DNA from: Phallusia mammillata
Lineage: Eukaryota
Assembly: GCA_965637545.1 (NCBI GenBank)
Contig: OZ281496.1
Location: 29,078,001-29,142,000, forward strand
Length of the DNA: 64,000 nucleotides
Direction: 5' to 3'
Shown: positions 1-10,322 of the stretch, in pieces
Numbering within the stretch: position 1 is the stretch's first letter
Layout: each line of letters starts with the position of its first letter
Made by a program: the position numbers and the translations under genes
Notes under the pieces: model-generated
The model's input: only the letters and a program-made list of their open reading frames with translations
What the model was told of the DNA's origin: nothing
The model's database searches: none

Positions 1-761
1 AGTGACCTCGTCAGCCACGGAGTATTGGTTGTGAGTAAAATCTGGTATAATAGTTTTTCACTTTGTGTGACACCGGTAAGGAAGGATTATCCTAATCCAC
101 AAATGGTAAGCCCACCTACCAACTATTAAAGTCTATGGCTATATACTTCAAGCGAAACACGATCCTTTGATTTTTAATCAATTTGGACTTTTGACTCTTA
201 CTTATTCACACATGCTGACAAAAATGAAACTTTACCAGATTATAGTGGGTTTGGCAACATACCGTGATGACAAAACAACAGTAGGCCTAAATCACAGTAA
301 AATAACCGAAGGGCCAAAACTTTGGTAGTCCATGGTAGCCTTATAGCAAATCTCCACAGCTTTAAGTGTGTTTATTTCCAGCCGTGGAATATTAGACGTG
401 TCGCCAGCAATCGAGGTTTCTGGCAGTTTTCGTCCAGATCTCGTAATTTGCCTCATAGCGGTTTGGATCCTGGCTTATTTGGCAACATTTAAGGGCATCA
501 AGTGGACGGCTAAGGTGCTCTAATTCACAAGTTTTTATTTTGCGTGATAACTTGTCTTGATCTAGAAATAATTTCAATCATACGTTCTGCTTAAAATCAT
601 TTAAGTTCAGTAATGAATAAATAAACAAGTAGCAACAACGATCTTTTCGTTTGTAATAAAACATAAGCCCCATCACAAAAAACAACCTTCATCAACATGA
701 AATAATCAACTGGAACAAATAACAAGTATTGCTTCCAGCGGACATATATTGAAAAGCAAGT

Positions 762-1154
762 TTTTGTTTTAAAGTTTCAGATGTAAAGAAATTGATTTAT
801 ATCATATAATATACCATCTCTTGACGCCCCAAATGCCCAGATTAATTTCCAACTTGATGCATAGTTAGTCTTAACTGCTTAAGATGTCATTCTCTAAATA
901 GTGACGCTTGTGGTAACTGTTTTTAGCATTATTTGCACGCAATAGTCGTTTCTATTAGTATCGTTTCTATCTACGACACATGATTTTTTTTGTTTATAAA
1001 ATTTTCTGTTTCTGTAAATATGTATTTAAATGATAGCTTTCACTTTGAAAAGTAAGAAAAAGTTGTTATGATTAGATATAAATCTGACAAAACACCACAA
1101 TTGTTGTTGAGTGTTCGTTGGCCGCATTGGAGGGCCGCGAGTTTGACACCCCTG
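762..1154. mobile_element. Left-truncated hAT-type MITE (CAGGGGTGTCAAACTCG family)
   Basis: Matches the complete copy at 43514-44084 from about 43668 onward, including the right TIR CGAGTTTGACACCCCTG. The left ~155 bp is absent. Confidence 0.85.
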
Positions 1155-1380
1155 TTCTAAGTGAAACAATAGTGGAGACGCAGTTCAAAAGGCCTTCTTA
1201 GGTTACTATGTAAGGCAGTGTTTTACACCTAAATCATAATAGGGGAAAGTTTTTCACAATTTTAAGATTTTTGTAGCACCTTTTATTATCTTTCATTTTT
1301 AAGCGACTCTTGATTCGCATCTTTTTATCAATCTTTCACGTAATTTAAGTGGGTACATGCGGGTGTAACTGATGTGGCCC

Positions 1381-1430
1381 TTCATATTACTGATGATGGC
1401 ATGAGTATTTGCCGAAACGTTTGAACAATA
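1381..1430 (+). ncRNA. Minimal hammerhead ribozyme, family B
   Basis: CUGAUGA 1390-1396, extra U, stem II GGCA(1398-1401)/UGCC(1410-1413), GAAAC 1414-1418, GUU, then UGA able to form a weak 3-bp stem I. Lies in a dispersed repeat at about 1260-1480. Confidence 0.6.
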
Positions 1431-2307
1431 AAGTATTACGTCTATTTACGTCTATTTGGGCTGTTATTTCACTCATTAAACCTTAAAAACTGTTCTGAGA
1501 CAGATTTTTCTTCAGTGTGAAACTTGCTGAAAATTAAACTCAGTCAAATAGATCTCTAAAAACATCAAGCATGATTGATCGAGAACCAGGATTTTAACGT
1601 TTTCCCCTAGCTCCGTGGCCTATTTTAGAAGCATCGGTGTAGAAAACTCACATGAATGCACAATTCGACATTGGCAGGCTTGTGCAAAATACCGATAAGT
1701 AGAACATTAGCTGAATTTCAAAACGCCACACGATGAGACCAGCTAAACAAACATCCTCGAGGAAGTCCTCATTCCAGCTGTTATGCATACATTACACAGC
1801 ATGTTTTTGCGTTTTTAACATGCAAATATCAAAGAAAATATTGGTAATGCATATAGGGGTTGTCCTTTGTATACTGCCCTTTAAAGTAATATGCTTAATT
1901 GTGTAAAAGTCATACCATCATCAATGATATCACAAACACGGATTTCGAATGTAAAAATTAAACAAGCTTGAGAACAAATAAATAAAAACTGCAATTATTG
2001 TTACAGAGATGCAACTGTTTTCTCAATATTCAACGCCATGACGAGTTTCGTTAGTGGCCTTGCTGTATTCTCCACACTTGGATTTATGGCGAACTATCAG
2101 GTATTTAGGGCAAAAACACAAGAGTTGGACTTTAACATTGTGGTGTTCAAAAAACGCAAACTTGGTGGTTATATTTTACGTGCGAACGCAAGATGTGCGT
2201 GACCTTTTACCAAATATATAAAAACAAGCAACGGAGGCCACTAGAGATTAATGACATTTGAAGAGTACGGTTCCTGTTGATTTGGCACTTTAACTGCAAT
2301 TATGAAA

Positions 2308-2499
2308 GCATCAAGCCAATAAAGTATAAGTAAGCTGCAGACAGTGCACACTGTTTCGATCGTTAAGGTCTCATTCTTATTAGCGCAGCTGGTGACAAGA
2401 CATAGACCGGGTCGAATTGGCTAGTGTAGCCATTTAACAGCACTCGGTTTGTTGGGAGTAACAGGCTAAAAAGTCATGCCTCATCTATTCTGTTCGATG
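2308..2499 (+). repeat. Dispersed ~190-bp repeat, also present at 10001-10179 and about 20416-20567
   Basis: Shared blocks GCATCAAGCCAA, AAGCTGCAGACAGTGCAC, ATTGGCTAGTGT, TTTGTTG(G/A)GAGTAAC, CTATTCTGTTCGATG. Confidence 0.7.
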
Positions 2500-3234
2500 A
2501 CACAACTAGGCATAAACCACAGAGGAAACTGCTTCACAATGGCTAAGCAATGAGATCATTCTGCAGCGTAACTGTAACTACTGTTCTTACTGCTGACACT
2601 GACTCTTGAACGAATTTTCCAAAAGACTTAAATGATATGTTGCAAAATATATACTGTTCTGTAATGAAACTATCGCAGAACACCACAGTGGAGAAGGTTG
2701 CAAGTTCGGGGCCAGGGCTGGTTTTCATTGCCTACCCAGAAGTATTGTCGCTTTTGCCGTTACCTCAGTTGTGGAGCACCCTGTTCTTTCTCATGATTAT
2801 TTTGATTGGCTTTGACTCAATGGTAAGGACTTTGGTAACGGCAAGGACGTAAATTTCATGTAAAAACTATGAAAATCATAAATGTTTGAAAAATCGAAGC
2901 AATGTTTTCCAAGTACATGAACATATTCGGCGTTGAATCAACTATTTTTTTCAGTTTATCGCGCAAGAAGTCATAACGGCGATTCTGTTTGACATCGTTC
3001 CAGCTTTGCGCAAGAGAAAGGAACTCTACCATGCTATTGTGTGCTTCATATTCGGTTGTGCTGGACTGTCAATGGTCACACAGGTAAGATACACCCATTT
3101 TTGAGGTGAAATACATAGCTAATGTTTCAACAGACTTAACCCAAAAGACCAATGGCGTTAGCGGATACAATGGCAAGGGAAGAGACAAAAATATGATGGC
3201 ATGTTTAACTTGATAAGCAGTAGAAAATATTCAA

Positions 3235-3290
3235 GATATGCCATTTTTCGTGATGAAAGCATCTTGTATGGGACGTCGAAACGTCGATTT
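3235..3290 (+). repeat. Decayed hammerhead unit, family A'
   Basis: CGTGATGAAAGCATCTTGTATGGGACGTCGAAACGTCGATT versus intact 29778-29819; the core reads GUGAUGA. Confidence 0.65.
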
Positions 3291-5286
3291 TCGTTAAGTC
3301 AAGTCAATTCACTTTCTTATCACATTTCCATTGTTGAACGGTTACGTAAACAGCAATTGTTGAACGGTTACGTAAACAGCAAGGATACCGACAAAACCCA
3401 TGGGTTATCCAGTCAAGTGTCCTGGCAAAAATTCTCTGATGGCATGTTAATCTTTATATTTGTTTAACTTTAGTATGCATTACAGGGTGGAGTATACGTG
3501 TTTGAGATATACAACAATTATGGAACAGCGGGTTGGTGTATGTTCCTCATTGCTGGAACGGAATGTGTGGCAATTGCTTGGGTGTTCGGCTTCGAACGTT
3601 ACTGGGTGGAAATCAAGAATATGATCGGGAAACAAAGAGGGAAATATTGGTTGCTGGTATCTTGGAAATTTGTGGCGCCTATTATATGCATTGTAATTAA
3701 TGTGGTTTTGGTAGGGAAAGTGTACTTGTCATGTATAGATGAATTCGGATATACGCGAAAACAGTTTAGTTGCATATGAATTGTGAAACCGTTGCCGAAC
3801 ACTTGTTAAGAAAGTCGCCTGGTTAATAAACAAAGGCAGTTGACTATGCCATTAACCGGATTCGCCTGTAATATATTATAATATGAATTTGAACGCAAAG
3901 TTTGACATGTCAAAAATGTATCACGTTAAGGAAGATATCGGAGTAAAGCGTGGAGAATCTCGTAGAGGATTAATGCAAAACATACCCATTTGCTGATGTT
4001 TTTGTTTGAACATTTTTTGGTGTTTTGAACATAAGAAATTGATTGATACTAATCACGTAATGATCGACATATTCTAGTGCAAGTGATCTCTGGGGCATTA
4101 GAACCAACAGAACAAAAACTTTTTCAATTGTACAAGTTTGTCGAGTACATGTATTGTTTCAGGACTTGCATTTACCAGTTTAACAAGTGCTTCGATTTAT
4201 AGATAATAGCGGGATACTACGTGACAATGCATAAACCACTACGTTATCGGGACTATGTATATCCACCATGGGCACAAACTATCGACCATCTAATGAGCTT
4301 CAGTTCAGTTATAACGATCCCGGCATATGCGATCTACAACACCTATACCACGTGGAAGAACGGAGGAAGCTTCCGAAAGGTAAGACAAGGATGTCTTAAT
4401 GCTTTCAATTACAAGTCACCCGATTGAAAACAATCATAAGGTTTTGGATAAATACGTTTTAAGTTCAATAAGAAAAGATCCTTACAATCATACCTGTACA
4501 TAATTAGTATTACTTTTCTCCTACAAACACTTTACATATGCAACATTCATATACCGCACAGTTTACAACAAGCAACAAACCCCGCTAGTCTTAAGAACAA
4601 GTTCAGCCACGAATGATTTTCACGGAATGAAACACCTCTAAGCTTTGTTGTTGGATAAAATAAAAATAAACTTTAATTTTGTGTTTCAGCTGCTGGGACA
4701 ACCGCTTACAGAAATTGTCAAGGAAGGGGAGCCTATGGTAGACATATCCACGCCAGTGTAATATTTTCATTTTGTGAAAGGAAGCAAGTGTATCTTTTTA
4801 ATTGCTCTTGCGTCGCACTGTGTATATTATTAAAGGGCCCCTTGATGATCCTGCAAATTAACATTTCTTCGAACAGTTTTTAATGTTATGTAGCAAATTG
4901 TATGAGAGAGTCCATGTGTTTCTTATATTAAGAAAACACGTTCGGCAAATTGTTTGATTTTGCTAGGATCAAATTTTATTGCATCAAGATATAAACTTCC
5001 TGAAACACAAAGACAAGTTTAATTGTTCATGTGGTATTTTTGTGAACAAAACGACTTTTGGTAGTGAGCATCAAATAAAATAAAAACCATTCAAGCACCA
5101 CATAATTTTTCCTGCTAATGTCTGTTGAGGCCATGGCGTGTTTACTGGTTGAAGTAACTTGCCTTTTGCGGGTCTGTATTGAACTGTTTTGACGTTTAAG
5201 TGACAAGTGAAATGTTTGCTATTACATGATGTGACCTTGGAAAACTCGTGTGCTTCAAAGTGTCTGACAAAAGTAAAAGGACTAAT

Positions 5287-5780
5287 GTCACCAAGTACCT
5301 TGGACTTCAAATAGATGATAAGCATACATGGAAAAATCATATATCATGATATGATCATCAAAAATAGATAGGTCAATTGGTAGAACTACTAACACTGGAA
5401 TTTGGCTGGCGCCCGGTTGAAAATTGTTCGATAAGTGGCGCAACGGAGCATAGGCGTTTATGGTGCTGACTCGGCAATGGTAAAAATGATTGCTGAGTCA
5501 GCACAATAAACCCCTATGCTCCGTTGCGCCACCTATCGAACAATTTTCAACCAGGCGCCAGCCAAATTCCAGTGTTAGTAGCTCTACCAGGTCAATTGGG
5601 ATAATTGCTAAAAAATGTCAACAAACCTACACTTTTAACTCTTTACTATGCGTTGGTTTATCTACATCTTCAACGCTGTGTGTTAAACTGGGGACGTGCT
5701 TACTTCACCCATTTGGCCCATATTCAAGTACTGCAAAATAAGGCAATAACACTAACTTCAGAATAGGCCTACATCTGCAG
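5287..5780 (+). mobile_element. Decayed non-LTR retrotransposon RT C-terminal fragment (CR1/L2-group-like)
   Basis: Translates VTKYLGLQIDDKHTWKNHI..RSIGIIAKK..TLYYALVYLHLQRCVLNWG, resembling the KYLG..ID..L.W..HI / LYYS..YP.L.Y....WG tail of CR1/L2-type RTs. Contains stops and frameshifts and is split by the foldback at 5379-5588. Confidence 0.6.
5379..5588. mobile_element. 210-bp foldback element, Mutator-like MITE
   Basis: About 100-bp near-perfect inverted arms around a 10-nt loop; 9-bp TSD AGGTCAATT at 5370-5378 and 5589-5597. Confidence 0.85.
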
Positions 5781-6439
5781 TCAATACATAAAGACCCACG
5801 CATAGTTGAAATTAATGACACGCTTCAGCTGGAAAGATATAAATTGATGCACAAGTTCGATAAACACCGTCTGCCGGGTGTTACCAAATACCGCATGTAA
5901 ACACATGATGCCGCATGCTCTTTCGCCTAAAATACTGCATGGTATGTGAAATGTGAAAATACAAGTCCCAACAAGGATTAATTAGACTAGATCGTGGTAT
6001 TATTTTAATTGCAAACCCTCACCCAACCCGAATAGCTGTAACCGTTACCGCTTTCACAAGTCCGCAAAATCATATTTTCGTGAAAGCATATTCAAGTCCT
6101 TTACAACATCCTGTGGTGTGATAACATGCGGTAAACCACGCGGTCACAGGCGGTAACATGCAGTTTTAGTACCACCGCCTTCTGTGTCCAACCAATATTT
6201 CACACCAACATCCCATGTCTAAGATCACAACACCAGGCACACTAAATTCGAGGTACAAACAAACTCAGGAAATGCCTGCAATACTTTGCATTTAACGTTT
6301 GGGCCCAAGCTCCAAATTCCGCAAAAACAATTATCTACTCCAAATTCGGCTTCAATGTAAAGCGCAGTATCATACAATAAAGTTGTTGACAAATACGCCC
6401 TTGTCCGATCACATGTTGTTTTGAAAAAAAATCCTGTTG

Positions 6440-6690
6440 CGACATCGTTTTCCTGTTTTTCCACACGTATTTTCGGTTTGTTTAGTATTGATCCACCCGC
6501 TCTCTTTTTTCTGTTTACATTTCGCTTATTTTAGTTCGCTGCTGCAATGCATCTTTTTTCTTTTCATCTGTTCTCTCGACATCGTTTTCCTGTTTTTCCT
6601 CACGTATTTTTGGTCTGTTTACTATACTTTTCCACCCGCTTTATATTTTTGTTTACATTTTGCTTATTTCAGTTCGCTGTTGCAATGTTG
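6440..6690. repeat. Tandem repeat, period 137 bp, within a pyrimidine-rich tract extending to about 7130
   Basis: CGACATCGTTTTCCTGTTTTTCC...GTTCGCTG(C/T)TGCAATG starts at 6440 and 6577; partial third copy near 6772. Confidence 0.75.
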
Positions 6691-7395
6691 TTTTTCAATC
6701 CGTCGTTTGAAGTTACGGTTGGCATTTGTTTCGATTTTTTCCTGTTTCATCATTCTGTTCTCCTTTTTCATTTCCTCACATGTTTTCGGTTTGTTTACCA
6801 TTTTTCAACCTGTATTTCTCCGCTTAATCAAGCCTTGTTCAAACACTATTTTTTCCTTTTAATGCGTATTCTTTCATTTCCATCATTACCGGTTTTTGTT
6901 ACTGTAGTTCATTGTTAGCTGATACGTTTTATTCTGGGTTTCCCACCACAATGACCTTTTTTGTTTCGTGCCCTTTGCTTTGTTTCTTCTGTATAAATTG
7001 TAGTACACTTGCTTGTCGATCCATCTCTTTTTCGATTTCGTTCTTTGCTTAAATGCAAATCTGCTTATTTTCCGCAGGGTGATTCTTTTTCTAATATTTG
7101 CATGTTTTTTGTTCGGTTCTTCAATCTATTACTAGTATTAAAATCGAGGGTGGCTGAATAGGTGACCTTAGGGTCTTTCGCCATCCAGCGGATTAAACCA
7201 GGCCCAAATAAACTTACTTACTTGTGCGTTCGCTTGCAACCTCACCACAGAACGTACCCAGTATACTTCATCATTAAAATATCAGAACACTTCTCGATGA
7301 GATTAAAGGTAAAAATAACGGCCCAGCTATAGACGTAAAAAGCGACATTCTTTTGTTTCAAACGTTTCGGCAAATGCTCATGCCATCATCTAGGA

Positions 7396-8316
7396 CAGTG
7401 GTTCTCAAAGTATGGGTCGCGACCCAAACGTGGGTCGCGCAGGTTCAAAAAATGGGTCGCGCTATGGTGGTTCAATTCTACCCAAACGAACTATTACTTT
7501 GGAACACTATATACGGATCTGTTCATAAGTTTAATGGTGAAAATAACGGCCCAAATAGACGTTAAAAGCGACATGCTTTATTGGTCAGACGCACACATTT
7601 GCAGGTGGCTTACACCTCGCTTCTGCGCACCTTTTTATCTATCGTTTTTATGCGACGCTTGTTTCGCACCTTTTTATCATTCTTTTATGCGACTAAAGTG
7701 TATATAACTGGGTGCAATTGATGTGGCCTTCATATCACTGATGATGGCATGAGCATTTGCCGAAACGTTTGAACAATAAAGCATGTCGCTTTTAACGTCT
7801 ATTTGGGCCGTTATTTTCACCATTGAACTATTACTGCATTAATAAAAACAAACGAATTTACTTAATGTAGTAGTAGTAAAGTCCACTCATTGACCACGTT
7901 ACAGTAAAACGAACTAATCAATGGAAAATACTGACAATAGCCTTCCAATTGTACTGTTACGCACATGGCGATTGTTACGTCATAGCACGGGGAATAAAAG
8001 TTAATCATGCGAAACTGAACGTGGGGATGTAACAGTTACCGTTTAAGGATTAGTAAGTATTCGTACAAGGAACCTTTTTTAGATTTGGGATTCACTTCTA
8101 TCAATGATCATGGTGCTGCAAAGCCACAATGTGTGTTGTGTTATGTAGTATTGTCGAATCGAACTCGTTAAACCTGCAGCCATTTTGACATGGCAAGACA
8201 GTGCGGCCACGACGTGGTCTCGAAATTGTTACATTTTTTTATGTTTGAGGCTTGGGTCGTGAGATGTTCATAATACTCAGATTTGGGTCGCGGTCAAAAA
8301 AGTTTGAGAACCACTG
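7396..8316. mobile_element. hAT-type MITE (CAGTGGTTCTCAAA family) containing a nested family B unit at about 7500-7830
   Basis: TIRs CAGTGGTTCTCAAA / TTTGAGAACCACTG; TSD ATCTAGGA at 7388-7395 and 8317-8324. Sister copy at 12627-13146 lacks the internal insert. Confidence 0.9.
7729..7780 (+). ncRNA. Minimal hammerhead ribozyme, family B
   Basis: UCA-CUGAUGA(7738-7744)-U-GGCA ugagcauu UGCC-GAAAC(7762-7766)-GUU-UGA. Confidence 0.65.
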
Positions 8317-10322
8317 ATCTAGGATATGAAGGCCACATAAGTTACACCCGTTTATAAACACTTGAGTCACGTGAAGGAATGAAATACTTCACGATAAGAC
8401 ATGGAATATTTGTATCCATACCGTTACGCGAAACCGTTCAACCATGACATATTGATGACAAAGCAAATTAAATTTGATTTAACTTGTATTCCAACAGTAA
8501 TGACCTTTTCTGAGTAAAAAATCAAAGACAGAAATGAGTATTTAGTTTTACAGTTGTGAACGCACCACGTTTTGTTTCGTATTTATTATCATATTTCATT
8601 CCCGCGCAGAAGTTGAGTGCCTTTTTTGAGCTCGGGCAATTAGCCTAACCAAAGTAAATACTGCGACACTTCTATCGTTAGCTGGATTATGAGAATAAAT
8701 GGCTGCTGTTGTATTCTTCAAGTTGTTGTATTTACGACACCAAGTAAACGGAAATAAAATAGAATGATTAAACTCAACATGCGCAGCATTATATAGGCAA
8801 CGATTATCCATTTACATTCCACGGAAAACACGCCAGATTAGGAATAGTGTGCTTGCGGACCATACTTGAAATGTAAGGAATGCTGCACTGCGCTAAAGGC
8901 ATACAAGGCTCGAAATGAGGTGCTAATTAAAACACAACGTTCGAAATTACAACGCAACAATAGAAATCCTTAACAGCTGCCAAAAAAAGTATGTAGCCTA
9001 TGCGTGAGTCTCTAAAACTTCAATCCATCATTTGTCTTTGGAGTTTGTTTGCACGACGCCAGCAGGATGTGGATAATGCCTTTCCTGTGTTGTGAATGCA
9101 ACCGCGTCACGTCCTCGGACCAACTGGCATTCATTTTTTCGCCTTGTTTACCATGCCTGTTGCAGAAGGGCAGGCGTTTGTTCATTTCACTGCGGCTTAA
9201 GGCGGATATATGGGTCTTTTAATTAAAAACTGCGTTATGATATAACCAGTTTAGTCTGGGTAGCAGCGTTAGTCATAAAATAGCAAACCTCATGCGTTAT
9301 GAACAATTTTGCCGAAAACGCGATTTTAATTTACCGTTAGGAACGCTATACACGGATTAAAAAAGTAGTTTAGTCAAAAACATAAATGTCAGGGAGCTCG
9401 TGTGCAGAAAACATCTTAGTAAAGACGTTTCAATAATCGCTGTTTTCATCAAGTGAAGGTTGTCAACTGTGTTTGCGAATTTTAATATAAAAGCACTGTT
9501 GCCTCGAGCCTAAAAATGCCGAAGAATATAACCTTAACCAGTAAGTCGACTCAACTTGTCCCCGCGGGGTATTTTCATTGCAGATTATGATCATAACTTC
9601 CAATTGCAACATGTTGCATAAGGGCTAGACTAAAATGTTAAAAGGTTTATCATTTAAACTTAAATTTTATCAGTCAAATCGTATTAAGCAAAAAATCGCT
9701 TGATTTGAAAGCCATAGCGATGTCAAAAGACAGAATGAGACAGTACATCACAAGAATGTCTCCCGACCACTATTTTGTGAAAAATCATTAAAGCGGAAAG
9801 ACAAAGTTATAACTGGGCTTTTCAACCGTGCAGTGATTTTTTCTGAACGGTGTAGACGGCTGTGGCCGCACGCCGTTCATATGCGCTGTACGTAGATAAT
9901 ATAGTTTCAAACGTTATAACTTGGCCAGGGTTTAGTTTAAATCCTTGAGTTTATAAACGTTTTTAATACGTAAAGGCAGATCTTTTGTATTCGTGTAAAA
10001 GCATCAAGCCAACAGATGATAAGCTGCAGACAGTGCACGCTGTTGCAAGCTATAAGGTACCATCAGTATAGCTGTTGACGAGAAATAGCCCGTATTGGCT
10101 AGTGTTGCCATGCAACGGGACTCCAGTTTGTTGAGAGTAACATGCCGGAAAGCCTAGCCTCACCTATTCTGTTCGATGCCATAATTCGAATCATTAAGAA
10201 AAACAGCAAACATTACTTACATACTTTCTGATATTACGTTGCAGTTCATTAAGGTAGAGTAAGTAATTCCACATATTGTAGAACAGTAGAAACGTTTCCC
10301 TGGGAACACTGTGGCCAATTCG

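Larger units (their letters stand above)
1..4761 (+). pseudogene. SLC6 transporter paralog 1 (5' part outside the window); exons 5-6 missing, probable pseudogene
   Basis: Exons with AG/GT boundaries matching copies 2/3: ..30, 382-514, 2007-2100, 2679-2822, 2955-3083, 3486-3692, 4203-4379, 4690-4761 (TAA). No IVYVTAT (135 nt) or VWVAAATQ (104 nt) exon found in 515-2006. Joining 514 (phase 0) to 2007 (phase 2) shifts the frame. Downstream exons are stop-free. Confidence 0.65.
7300..8370 (-). repeat. Family B hammerhead unit interrupted by a MITE at the CUGAUGA position
   Basis: AAACGTTTCGGCAAATGCTCATGCCATC (7361-7388) resumes after the MITE as ATATGAAGGCCACATAAGTTACACCCG, the reverse complement of the family B flank. 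Confidence 0.75.

Noticed and set aside
3331-3382. Perfect 26-bp tandem duplication TTGTTGAACGGTTACGTAAACAGCAA
   Set aside because: Only two units in an intron; ordinary slippage or repair duplication.
6437-6918. Phe/Leu-rich 141-aa and 123-aa ORFs as membrane proteins
   Set aside because: Products of the T-rich tandem repeat, which is stop-poor by composition.
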